Shown: one piece after another, positions 43,992 to 52,765 of the stretch
Position numbering within the stretch: position 1 is the first letter of the stretch
How the letters are laid out: each line of letters begins with the position of its first letter
NCBI GenBank assembly: GCA_964586255.1
Contig: CAZPGE010000005.1
Location: forward strand, 12,775 to 76,774
DNA from: an uncultured Candidatus Saccharibacteria bacterium
Lineage (GTDB): Bacteria; Patescibacteriota; Minisyncoccia; Phycocordibacterales; UBA2100
Direction of reading: 5' to 3'
Length of the DNA: 64,000 nucleotides
Translations under genes and position numbers: made by a program
The notes under the pieces: model-generated
Database searches by the model: none
Told to the model about the DNA's origin: nothing
The model's input: only the letters and a program-made list of their open reading frames with translations

Positions 43992-44784
43992 AAAGACACG
44001 CGCATTTCGAATCACGGTTTGGGAATACTATAAGAAACACGCGCGACATGAGTTGCCGTGGCGCAAGACACGCGACCCATACAAGATACTTGTCTCAGAA
44101 GTTATGCTGCAGCAGACGCAGGTTCCACGCGTTGTGGATAAGTACAAAGAATTTCTCATAGCATTTCCGACTATCTATGTACTTGCACAAGCGTCGCTCG
44201 CCGATGTGCTCAGGGTCTGGAGCGGGCTTGGGTATAATCGGCGGGCAAAGTATCTCCACGACGCGGCAAAGGTGATTGCCAATGAGTACAGAGGCGACAT
44301 AGAGGCCGCCACAAAGGCTAAGAAGCTTCCCGGCGTGGGACCATACACGAAATCTGCGGTACGTGTCTTTGCATTCAATGAGCCCCATGTACTGATTGAG
44401 ACCAATGTCCGCGCCGCATTTATCCATCACTTCTATTCTAGTGTTTTGCAAAAGACTGCAATAACGGATAAGGAGCTTATGCCGATTATAGAAAAAGCTG
44501 CGGAAAGCCAAGACCCGAGGGAATGGCACTGGGCACTTATGGACTATGGCTCGCATGTAAAGAAGGCGCATAGTAATCCGGCGCGACGCAGTGCTTCCCA
44601 CATCCGTCAGTCGAAATTTGAGGGGAGTCTTCGCCAAGTGCGCGGCGCGATACTGCGTGCATTGCACGAAGGCGTGTCGTTGAAGACATTGCCGTACGAA
44701 CAGGCGCGACTAAAAATCGCCCTCGCATTACTGCAAAAGGACGGTCTGTTGGCAAAAGAGGGGAAGACCTGGCGTATCGCCTAG
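43981..44784 (+). CDS. MutY/EndoIII-like HhH-GPD DNA glycosylase lacking Fe-S cysteines; contains a copy of the 26-nt repeat in frame
   Basis: LPWRKTRDPYKILVSEVMLQQTQV...VLIETNVRA... is MutY-like; there are no Cys in the usual cluster region. Repeat copy C encodes SSVLQKTAIT. Confidence 0.7.
   Translation: MTSKKTRAFRITVWEYYKKHARHELPWRKTRDPYKILVSEVMLQQTQVPRVVDKYKEFLIAFPTIYVLAQASLADVLRVWSGLGYNRRAKYLHDAAKVIANEYRGDIEAATKAKKLPGVGPYTKSAVRVFAFNEPHVLIETNVRAAFIHHFYSSVLQKTAITDKELMPIIEKAAESQDPREWHWALMDYGSHVKKAHSNPARRSASHIRQSKFEGSLRQVRGAILRALHEGVSLKTLPYEQARLKIALALLQKDGLLAKEGKTWRIA
44438..44463 (+). repeat. 26-nt near-palindromic repeat, copy C (inside the mutY-like CDS)
   Basis: Identical 26-mer ctagtgttttgcaaaagactgcaata; the flanks ttctattCTAG resemble copy A's tctgttCTAG. 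Confidence 0.8.
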
Positions 44785-44835
44785 AATTATCAAGGGGAAC
44801 CCTTGATAGTGGCGCCCCGTGATAATCTAGGTTGC

Positions 44836-45285
44836 ATGACCAAGTACCGCAGTATTGACCCTGAATACGTACCGCAGATTATCAAGGAATACCGGTATTG
44901 GACGCTCTCGATACACGATGACCAGAGGTACCTCGGTCGCGCCTACGTATGGCTCGTGCGAGAGGGCGGCATGCAGCGGTTTTCAGAGATAACTGACGAA
45001 GAAATGGCGGAGCTGCGAATTATCCTGAAGGAGTACGAAGCGGCGGCGGCAATGCTCTGGCGACCGGATTTTATGAACTACGCCTGGCTGGCCAATCTCT
45101 TTTCAGAGCATGGCGGTCATGGGCATATGCATCTCATTCCGCGATACAAAGAAGCGCGCCAATTTGCCGACACTGAATTCGTTGATGGTCGATGGGGTAA
45201 GAACTTTTCTCCGAGCGAGCCATTTGAAGTCGAAGAAGAAATTCTTGTGCAGATTCGTGACGCGCTGAAATCAGAACTGGCGTAG
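44836..45285 (+). CDS. HIT-family (histidine triad) protein
   Basis: HGGHGHMHLIPR histidine-triad motif. Confidence 0.65.
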   Translation: MTKYRSIDPEYVPQIIKEYRYWTLSIHDDQRYLGRAYVWLVREGGMQRFSEITDEEMAELRIILKEYEAAAAMLWRPDFMNYAWLANLFSEHGGHGHMHLIPRYKEARQFADTEFVDGRWGKNFSPSEPFEVEEEILVQIRDALKSELA

Positions 45286-45286
45286 C

Positions 45287-47239
45287 CTAGATAGAAACGA
45301 TAACGGGGATTACTATCGGGCGCTTCATCGTGCGCTGCAAGAGGAAGCGTGATACCGCTTCGGCGAGGTCTTCGCGGGCGTTGTCGAGGTCGGCCGCGCG
45401 CGGATTGCGAAGCGAACCTTCTACTGATTTGCGGATGATGAGACGTGTCTGGTCCATGAGGTCCTTGTTGTCGCGCAGATACACGAATCCGCGCGAGATG
45501 ATGTCGGGGGACTTGTGGAGCTTCCCGGTGCGCCTGTCCACGGTCGCGACGACGACACAGAAACCTTCCTGACCGAGTGCTTTACGGTCACGCATAAGGA
45601 CATCGGAGAGTTCACTGACTGTCTGACCTTCGACGACGCGCAATTCTGCAGGTGCTTTGATTGCATGTTTGTGCGCTTTTTCGCCACCGCGAATGTCGAT
45701 GACCGAGCTGTTGTCCGGGATTATCACGTTTTCTTTTTTAACGCCCATCTCAACTGCGAGGTCGCCGTGGACGCGGAGCATGTAGTGATAACCGTGTACG
45801 GGGACAAAGAATTTCGGGCGAATCTGCTTGTGAATCCAGACTGCTTCTTCGCGGTTGCCGTGGCCCGATGCATGCACATCGGATGCGTGGTATGTGATGA
45901 TGTGTGCGCCCTGGCGGGAAAGATTGTCTTTGAGCTTTTGCACCGCACGCTCGTTGCCCGGAATGACTGACGATGAGAGAACCACCGTGTCCTCCGGCGT
46001 GAGGCGGATGTATTTGTGTGTCTTGTTGCCGATGCGAGCGAGCGAAGCGAATTCGTCTCCCTGCGCGCCGGTCGCGAGGATGATGATTCTCTCCGGTGGA
46101 TACTGATTCATATTTTCTACCGGGATGACCGTATCGTCTTTGTATTTGATGAGACCAAGCTCGCGCGCAATCTCGATGTTGGTGCGCATAGAGCGGCCGT
46201 CGATGACGATCTTTTTTCCATACTGCTCGGCAAAGTGTACGATGCGGATGAGTCGCTCGAGGTGCGAAGCAAACATTGCGATGACGAGACGACTTTTTGA
46301 TGCTCTGATTATTTCCTCAAGCGTCTTGTAGACGACTGACTCGGGAATCGAGAAGCCGGGCTGCCAGACGTTGGTCGAGTCCATGAGGAGTGCGAGTACG
46401 TTGCGGTCTTTGAAGATGCCAAACTCACGCTTTTCTTCATCGGACGGGTCGCCGTTTTCGTGGTTGAGCTTGATGTCTCCCGTGAAGACGACGTCGCCCC
46501 ACTGAGTCTCAATGATGATGCCCATCGAATCCGGTACGGTGTGGGTCACGCCGAAGAAGCGGATAGTGTGCTTTCCGAGCTTCACCACTTCATCCTTCTC
46601 GACTTCTCGAATCACGACCGGTTGACCGGCAAATTCTTCCTGGCGCTTTTGAATCATCTTGCCCGTGAGTCTGCGTGTATAGATGGGCGGATTGCCGATG
46701 CGGTCCATGATGTAGGGGATACCGCCGATGTGATCGAGGTGACCGTGCGAAATGAGGAGTCCGCGTATTTTGTCGCGACGCTCTTCGAGATACCCCGTGT
46801 TGGGCAAGATGTAATCGATACCCGGCGTCTCTCCCTCTGAGAAAGAGAATCCGGCGTCGAGAATAAAGATATCGTCGCCGATTTCAATCACCGTCATGTT
46901 GCGGCCGATTTCTTCGACTCCACCGAGCGGGATTATGCGGACCGCATCTTTCTCCGGCGGCGGCACCTGTGTGTTCGGCTTTCTGTCGCGCGGAGATGGT
47001 GTCGCGTGTTCGACGCGCTGACGGCCTCGTGGGGGGCGTGCAGGTCTATTGTGAAAGCTGCCGCGACGCGTTCTTGCGGGTTTATCACCGGGGCGTCCAC
47101 GGCTCGGTCCTCCGGGTTGCGGAGGTCTTGCGTGTCGCCCTGGCTGCGCCGGCTGTGAGGGCGCTGCTTTATCGGTGCGAGGGCCGCTTGAGGGCACGTA
47201 CGCGCCGCCGACATTCGAGAATTCTGGTTTGGGTTCCAT
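45287..47239 (-). CDS. rnj: Ribonuclease J (beta-CASP metallo-beta-lactamase) with an N-terminal Pro/Arg-rich extension of about 90 aa
   Basis: HGHLDHIGG, beta-CASP motifs, ...GHASxxE... and an RNase J C-terminal domain; N-terminal MEPKPEFSNVGG...PPPEKD is low complexity. Confidence 0.85.
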   Translation of the reverse strand: MEPKPEFSNVGGAYVPSSGPRTDKAAPSQPAQPGRHARPPQPGGPSRGRPGDKPARTRRGSFHNRPARPPRGRQRVEHATPSPRDRKPNTQVPPPEKDAVRIIPLGGVEEIGRNMTVIEIGDDIFILDAGFSFSEGETPGIDYILPNTGYLEERRDKIRGLLISHGHLDHIGGIPYIMDRIGNPPIYTRRLTGKMIQKRQEEFAGQPVVIREVEKDEVVKLGKHTIRFFGVTHTVPDSMGIIIETQWGDVVFTGDIKLNHENGDPSDEEKREFGIFKDRNVLALLMDSTNVWQPGFSIPESVVYKTLEEIIRASKSRLVIAMFASHLERLIRIVHFAEQYGKKIVIDGRSMRTNIEIARELGLIKYKDDTVIPVENMNQYPPERIIILATGAQGDEFASLARIGNKTHKYIRLTPEDTVVLSSSVIPGNERAVQKLKDNLSRQGAHIITYHASDVHASGHGNREEAVWIHKQIRPKFFVPVHGYHYMLRVHGDLAVEMGVKKENVIIPDNSSVIDIRGGEKAHKHAIKAPAELRVVEGQTVSELSDVLMRDRKALGQEGFCVVVATVDRRTGKLHKSPDIISRGFVYLRDNKDLMDQTRLIIRKSVEGSLRNPRAADLDNAREDLAEAVSRFLLQRTMKRPIVIPVIVSI

Positions 47240-47257
47240 ACGGTAGTTCTGTGTTTG

Positions 47258-49069
47258 TTAAATGTTTTCCTGACTTTGGTTTGTAAATATGCTCCAGACT
47301 TTTTCAGTGTCGGTGTACCACGCGTGCGCAGAGAGAAATCTTTCTGCGGGCGTTGTGAGTGCTCCAAGCCTCACTCCCTCAAGCTCATCGGGGACTGCGT
47401 AGATGAATTCCGGAGAATACAGGAATACCGCCGGGACATCGTCTTTCACGAGTTCGGCGAATTCCAGGTAGAGACTTTCGCGATCCTCCGGCTTCGTCGT
47501 CGCGCGCGCTTGTGAGAGGAGTGTATCAGCACGAGAGCTTGTGTACAAGGAGAGGTTGAGTCCGGGGTCGTTGCGCTGCGAGCTGTGCCAGAAAGCGAAA
47601 AGATCGAGCTCGCGCCCCACGACCTCGCCAAAGAGGAGGGCATCGTACTCGCGCGGTCGGATGACCGCTGTATTGAGCTCGGATATGGGGTACACCTGCA
47701 CCTGTATGCGCACGCCGAGCTCTTGCCATGCAGCCGCAACGGCGTTCGCCGTAGCGACGAGTTCGGGTGCGTCGGCAGTGGCGAGCGTAAAGCCGAGCTC
47801 CTGTTTTTTGGCGTTGGTCCACGTGGCACTCGCTTCGTCGTACGACCATCCGCCTTTCTCGAGTATGGCGCGTGCAGACGCGAGAGAGTCATCAGTGAAT
47901 GCGGTATGTACCACGGCAAGCTCGGGTCTCGCGCGGGCTCCTTCAAGAGAGAGTATGTGTGGAGGGACGGGACTATCAATCGATACGCCGTATCCGCGGA
48001 GGACCATCTGCACCACACGCTCTTTCACGACTGCTTCGTTGAGCGCCTTGCGCACGCCCGCGTCTGCGAGTACAGGCGACCTCCCCTGATTGAAGAAGAC
48101 GCCGAAAATACGGGGCAGAGGGACCGTGAGAACATCGATGTCGGTGCGTTCGATGGAGCCAAGCTGTTCGGGTGATATGCCAGCCACTGAGTCGATATCG
48201 CCTTTGTTGAACGCGCGCAAAAGCGCTTCTTCGTTGGCAAAGAACACAAACGAGATGCTACGAAGATACGGCATACCGAGCGCAAAATTCTTAAATGGCT
48301 CGAGTTCAAAGCGTGTCACGCTTCCGGTCGATGAAGTCTCAACATGTGCGACCTTGTATGGGCCGCTGCCTATCGGATGCATGTTGATTGGGCTGAAAGG
48401 GAACTCCTCAGGAGTGACCGATGCCCAGAGGTGCTTGGGCAAGATGCCCATCGTCGTGTTCTGGATGAATGGTGCGTACGCTCTTGGAAGTTTGAATATG
48501 ACGGTCCTCTCGTCGGGCGTTGAGACGGAGACCCCCTCCCAGTCAGCACGATGGATACTTTTTATATCGGGATTCTGTGCCTGCTGTACCGTGAAGAGAA
48601 CATCGGCAGATGTGACCGGTGTGCCATCGTGGAATGTAGAACCCTCGCGGATGGTAAACGTGTACGAGGTGCCATCGTCGGATATCTCATAGCTCGACGC
48701 GAGGTCAGCGATTATAGAGCCGTCGGGTAATGATCGTGTGAGCCCGGAGTACACGAGCGCAGCAATGTCGGAATCGGCCTGCGACATGGGGATAAGCGGG
48801 TTGATGAAACGAGCAGGGCCAAGCTCACCCTCGACAATCGCCCCGCCTTGAGAGGGGATGGTGACGGACACGGCGGAATTTGCGCCCGCGAGGAGTGCGA
48901 GCGTACTTGCACCAAGAAGCAATGTGAACACGTAGAGCGCGAGACGCTCAAAGGGAGAGAAGGAGCGCACCATCTTCTCGAGGGCTGAAAAGCGAGAAAG
49001 ACTGCGTGGTCGAATCATCGCCGTCCGCATTGACTCAATTTTTTGTGGGGAATCTGTATCTAAATCCAT
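47258..49069 (-). CDS. ABC transporter substrate-binding protein, family 5 (oligopeptide/dipeptide OppA/DppA-like), membrane-anchored
   Basis: SBP_bac_5-like LVYSGLTR...YTFTIREGSTFHDGTPVTSADVLFT; N-terminal TM helix. Confidence 0.75.
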   Translation of the reverse strand: MDLDTDSPQKIESMRTAMIRPRSLSRFSALEKMVRSFSPFERLALYVFTLLLGASTLALLAGANSAVSVTIPSQGGAIVEGELGPARFINPLIPMSQADSDIAALVYSGLTRSLPDGSIIADLASSYEISDDGTSYTFTIREGSTFHDGTPVTSADVLFTVQQAQNPDIKSIHRADWEGVSVSTPDERTVIFKLPRAYAPFIQNTTMGILPKHLWASVTPEEFPFSPINMHPIGSGPYKVAHVETSSTGSVTRFELEPFKNFALGMPYLRSISFVFFANEEALLRAFNKGDIDSVAGISPEQLGSIERTDIDVLTVPLPRIFGVFFNQGRSPVLADAGVRKALNEAVVKERVVQMVLRGYGVSIDSPVPPHILSLEGARARPELAVVHTAFTDDSLASARAILEKGGWSYDEASATWTNAKKQELGFTLATADAPELVATANAVAAAWQELGVRIQVQVYPISELNTAVIRPREYDALLFGEVVGRELDLFAFWHSSQRNDPGLNLSLYTSSRADTLLSQARATTKPEDRESLYLEFAELVKDDVPAVFLYSPEFIYAVPDELEGVRLGALTTPAERFLSAHAWYTDTEKVWSIFTNQSQENI

Positions 49070-49136
49070 GGCGCGTGAAGCGCGAGCCCAAACCGCGAAG
49101 CGTGCCTCTCGGCGTGCCGGGCGGAGGCGAGTGCTT

Positions 49137-49406
49137 TTAGCTAATGAGTAAGCTTATGAATGCCGAGAGCGCAAACAGGATGCCGAGCGTTATGGTCGCA
49201 TAGAAGAGGGTGCGCTCGAGTCCGCGGCGGGTGTGGAAACCCGACGAGAAGTTGTCCGCTCCGAAGGCGCCGCCAAGCGATGAGCCGGTGCGCTGCAAAA
49301 TCACTGCAACTATGAGCAGTGCGGAGAGCACCATCTGCACGTACGGCAGTATTCCTTGGAGGAAAACCATCGGCGCCATAGTAGCAAGGGCCGTCGGGGA
49401 TGTCAA
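49137..49406 (-). CDS. secG: Preprotein translocase subunit SecG
   Basis: LLIVAVILQRTGSSLGGAFGA...RRGLERTLFYATITLGILF; the start may be an internal Met (49379 or 49370). Confidence 0.7.
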   Translation of the reverse strand: MTSPTALATMAPMVFLQGILPYVQMVLSALLIVAVILQRTGSSLGGAFGADNFSSGFHTRRGLERTLFYATITLGILFALSAFISLLIS

Positions 49407-49421
49407 AGGCGTATCTCTGTC

Positions 49422-49449
49422 TTGACCCCCTACTTGGTATTCATATATA
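49422..49449 (+). promoter_or_regulatory. Sigma70-like promoter for groES-groEL (TTGACC-N16-TATATA)
   Basis: cTTGACCccctacttggtattcaTATATAg, then an inverted repeat AGTGTGCG...CGCACTCT downstream. Confidence 0.4.
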
Positions 49450-49514
49450 GTGTGCGCGTCGCGTCCCCTGATTGGCGGACCGCACTCTCAGTTATTAGAT
49501 AGAAATATCAGCGT

Positions 49515-49838
49515 ATGAAGAAACCGGTACAAAAATCTAATACATCCAAATTCACATTTAAGCCTGCGGGTGACCGTGTGCTCGTGAAGCCTGAATCGGT
49601 CGAGGAAAAGACTGCCTCCGGCATCATCATTCCCGACACAGCTCGCAAGGAAAAGCCGGAGACGGGAGTCGTAGTGGCCGTAGGCGAAGGTAAGCGCAAT
49701 GAGAAGGGCGATGTGCTCCCTATGCGTTACAAGGTTGGGGACAAGGTCATGTTCTCGAAATACGGATACGACGAAGTGACCATTGAAGACGAGGAGTACT
49801 ACGTCGTCTCTGAATCAAATATCCTCGGCACGTTTTAA
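49515..49838 (+). CDS. groES: Co-chaperonin GroES (with a 12-aa N-terminal extension)
   Basis: FKPAGDRVLVKP...ASGIIIPDTA...GVVVAVGEG...GDKVMFSKYG. Confidence 0.9.
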   Translation: MKKPVQKSNTSKFTFKPAGDRVLVKPESVEEKTASGIIIPDTARKEKPETGVVVAVGEGKRNEKGDVLPMRYKVGDKVMFSKYGYDEVTIEDEEYYVVSESNILGTF

Positions 49839-49856
49839 TCTTTAATTTCTAACACC

Positions 49857-51497
49857 ATGGCAAAACAGGTAATTTTCGACCAGGAAGTCAGGCAGCGCCT
49901 CAAGCGAGGTGTCGATATCGTCGCAGGGGCAGTAAAGGTAACGCTCGGTCCCAAGGGCCGAAATGTTGCGCTCTCAAAGTCGTGGGGCGGACCGACAATA
50001 ACCAACGACGGCGTGTCTATCGCCAAAGACATCACACTTGCCGACAAGTTTGAGGACATGGGCGCGTCTATCGTGAAAGAAGTTGCGACCAAGACCAACG
50101 ACAAAGCGGGCGATGGTACTACGACCGCTGTCATCCTCACGCAGGCAATCATCCACGAGGGTATGAAGAAGACCGCGATGGGCGCCAACGCGATGATGAT
50201 TCGCCGCGGCATCGAATCTGCTGCAAAAGATGCGGTGGAAGAGCTCAAGAAGATTGCCAAGCCGGTGAAGGGTAAGAGTGATATCCGCCAGGTAGCGACA
50301 ATCTCGGCCGAGAGCGATGAGCTTGGTAAGACGATTGCAGATATCGTGGAGAAAGTCGGAAAAGACGGTGTTGTCACCGTAGAGGAGTCGCAGTCTTTCG
50401 GCATCGAGAGTGATTTCGTCGAGGGCATGGAGTTCGACAAGGGATATGTCTCGGCATATATGATGACGAACCCTGAGCGCATGGAAGCCGAGGTGAAAGA
50501 CGCTGTGATACTCATCACCGACAAAAAGATTTCCGCGGTCAAAGATATTCTCCCGATTCTTGAGAAAGTAGCGCAGACCGGCAAGAAAGATCTCGTCATC
50601 ATCGCAGACGACGTTGATGGGGAAGCGCTCACCACATTTGTGCTCAACAAGCTCCGCGGCATATTCAACGTACTCGCAGTGAAGGCGCCCGGATACGGCG
50701 ACAGAAAGAAAGAGATTCTCAGCGACATTGCCATCACGGTCGGCGGTCAGGTCATCTCCGATGATCTCGGACTCTCTCTTGAAAAGGCCGAGCTCACGAT
50801 GCTTGGCCGCGCCAATCGCATCGTCGCCACGAAAGACTCGACGACCATCGTCGGGGGCAAGGGAAAGAAAAGCGATATCGAGAAGCGTGTCGCGCAATTG
50901 CAAGTGCAGCTCGAAAATACAGACTCAAAATTCGACAAAGAGAAGTTGCAGGAGAGAATCGCAAAACTCACGGGAGGCGTGGCGGTCATTCGCGTCGGTG
51001 CTGCCACTGAGACAGAGATGAAGTACCTCAAGGACAAAATAGAAGATGCAGTCAATGCGACGAAGGCGGCTATCTCGGAAGGTATCGTACCCGGCGGCGG
51101 AGCGACGCTCGCCAAAGTGTCGGCCAAACTTCAGAAGAATATGGAGAAGGTCTCCAAGGAAAGCGGCGATGAGTTTGCGGCAGGTTACAGCATTCTCGTC
51201 GGCGCACTCACGGCACCGTTTAAACAAATCGTGCGCAACGCGGGACGAGAAGACGAAATGGTCTTGCTCGCAGAAATCTCTGGCAACAACATGAAGGGAT
51301 TCAATGCGGCGACGGAAGAAGTGGTGGACATGATAGAAGCCGGCATCATCGACCCGGTGAAAGTGACCCGCAGTGGTGTGGAAAACGCCGCGTCTGCCGC
51401 AGCGGTACTTCTCACAACTGAGGCTGCGGTCGCAGATATTCCTGAAGAAAAGAAGGATGCAGGACAAGGTGGCATGTCGGGTGGCATGGATATGTAG
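49857..51497 (+). CDS. groEL: Chaperonin GroEL
   Basis: MAKQVIFDQEVR...AGDGTTTA...; C-terminal GGMSGGMDM. Confidence 0.95.
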   Translation: MAKQVIFDQEVRQRLKRGVDIVAGAVKVTLGPKGRNVALSKSWGGPTITNDGVSIAKDITLADKFEDMGASIVKEVATKTNDKAGDGTTTAVILTQAIIHEGMKKTAMGANAMMIRRGIESAAKDAVEELKKIAKPVKGKSDIRQVATISAESDELGKTIADIVEKVGKDGVVTVEESQSFGIESDFVEGMEFDKGYVSAYMMTNPERMEAEVKDAVILITDKKISAVKDILPILEKVAQTGKKDLVIIADDVDGEALTTFVLNKLRGIFNVLAVKAPGYGDRKKEILSDIAITVGGQVISDDLGLSLEKAELTMLGRANRIVATKDSTTIVGGKGKKSDIEKRVAQLQVQLENTDSKFDKEKLQERIAKLTGGVAVIRVGAATETEMKYLKDKIEDAVNATKAAISEGIVPGGGATLAKVSAKLQKNMEKVSKESGDEFAAGYSILVGALTAPFKQIVRNAGREDEMVLLAEISGNNMKGFNAATEEVVDMIEAGIIDPVKVTRSGVENAASAAAVLLTTEAAVADIPEEKKDAGQGGMSGGMDM

Positions 51498-51509
51498 CTC
51501 GCCGAGTGC

Positions 51510-51594
51510 TGATATTTTGCCGTCGCTATCTGGCGCTGCTGCGCCAGCGCTCAGTCTCGGGCCCGTCGGCCCTACGAAGACGGCAAAATATCAC
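51510..51594 (+). repeat. Structured palindromic repeat element, copy 2 (homolog of 8221-8316)
   Basis: tgatattttGCCGTC-GCTATCT-GGCGCTGCTGCGCC-AGCGCTCAGTCTC-GGGCCCGTCGGCCC-TACGAA-GACGGCaaaatatca. Against copy 1, the core CCGTCGCT.TCTGG...CCAGCGCTC.GTCTCG...CGAAGACGG is conserved while both inner hairpins change with pairing preserved. Confidence 0.7.
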
Positions 51595-51676
51595 ACTGCG
51601 GCTCGCAGTCGATAAAGGAGGAGGAAATCAACAGGCGGCGCCCTCATGGGGCGCCGCCTTGGTACAATAGATACAC

Positions 51677-52702
51677 ATGAAGAGGCGCAGGAACATACAG
51701 TCTCCTCTTTCGCGTCCCGGTGTCCCTGTAGTGCTCGCTGTCGCGGCGTTTATGCTACTCGTTGGCACAGCGAGTGTATACGGCGTGCAGTCGCGCGGCT
51801 CCATGCTTGCTGCAGCGGCGGGCGGTGGTCAGTGCGAACCAAAATTTAAACAGTGCATGCAGCAGGATGTGCCGAAGAAAAAAAAGACTGCAGCGCAGTG
51901 CGAACAAGAATTCCAAAAGTGTGTTCTTGTCGACAATAAATGTAAAGACAAGACGGGGATTTCTGGAGGGCAGACCTGCAACAAAGCGCCGGACTGCCAG
52001 ACGCATTGCACTGAATCGGCGACCGGCAAGGGTGCAATACTTGATTGTTGCAAGGGAGGCGCAAAGCATGTGAATTCATGCCCGGATGAAGTAGATGGAA
52101 AGTGTAATCCGCAAAAAAAGGAACTGGGCAAGGAAGGTGAACAGAAAGGAGGGATGCCGGAACTTCCCAAGCCACCTGAATCAAAAGATGGGGGAGGAGG
52201 TCAGCCGCAACAGCAGCCGTGCGGCACAGACTCAAAGACTCCTGGAGTAGCCCCCGCTGAGGGTGGCGAGAAGAGAAAGGATTGCCCACCGGAGACAAAA
52301 TCGGGAGTCTCGGGTTTGTTCGACATGTTTTCTCCGAGCGGAGAGGGGGGCGCATCTTCGCCGAGAGATACGGTATCCTCGGCACTGAGCAAAATTAGCT
52401 CCTTTTTTGGCGGCTCGCAGTCCAGTTCTGAATCCGCTACCAGCAATGAAAACACATCGTCCTCTGGGACCGCAAACACGGGAGGTACAACTGACAATAG
52501 CAGTGTAGTTTCAAGATTGAGTGCACAAGAATCGACGCAAGGCCAGTCTGGGTCGGGCACGGGAGGAAGTACTCAGCAAAACTCTCTTACGACAGGATTT
52601 ACCAATGCGGGGGCAGGGCAGAGCTCGCCACAGTCTACGACGATTCTCAGCTCGGTTGTCACTCGATTGAAATCGGCCCTCTCGTGGCTCAGCGGGCTCT
52701 AA
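51677..52702 (+). CDS. Secreted cysteine-rich protein with Ser/Thr/Gly-rich C-terminal half, hypothetical
   Basis: Signal anchor; about 16 Cys in CEPKFKQCMQQ...CKDK...CNKAPDCQTHC...CCKGG...; TACAAT 8 nt upstream; AT-richer than its surroundings. Confidence 0.55.
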   Translation: MKRRRNIQSPLSRPGVPVVLAVAAFMLLVGTASVYGVQSRGSMLAAAAGGGQCEPKFKQCMQQDVPKKKKTAAQCEQEFQKCVLVDNKCKDKTGISGGQTCNKAPDCQTHCTESATGKGAILDCCKGGAKHVNSCPDEVDGKCNPQKKELGKEGEQKGGMPELPKPPESKDGGGGQPQQQPCGTDSKTPGVAPAEGGEKRKDCPPETKSGVSGLFDMFSPSGEGGASSPRDTVSSALSKISSFFGGSQSSSESATSNENTSSSGTANTGGTTDNSSVVSRLSAQESTQGQSGSGTGGSTQQNSLTTGFTNAGAGQSSPQSTTILSSVVTRLKSALSWLSGL

Positions 52703-52765
52703 GTTTTTCTAAAGCATTCCACATGCGGCGCCACGAATGTGGCGCCGCGCTGGTATGATTGGGCT

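Noticed and set aside
15952-44463. Identical 26-nt repeats as att sites bounding a 28-kb mobile element
   Set aside because: The intervening DNA holds core housekeeping genes (glmS, metK, ddl, nth). No integrase or transposase is present, and the GC shift is confined to 15.95-22.35 kb.
49455-49482. CIRCE (HrcA operator) upstream of groES
   Set aside because: The inverted repeat AGTGTGCG...CGCACTCT does not match TTAGCACTC-N9-GAGTGCTAA in sequence or spacing.
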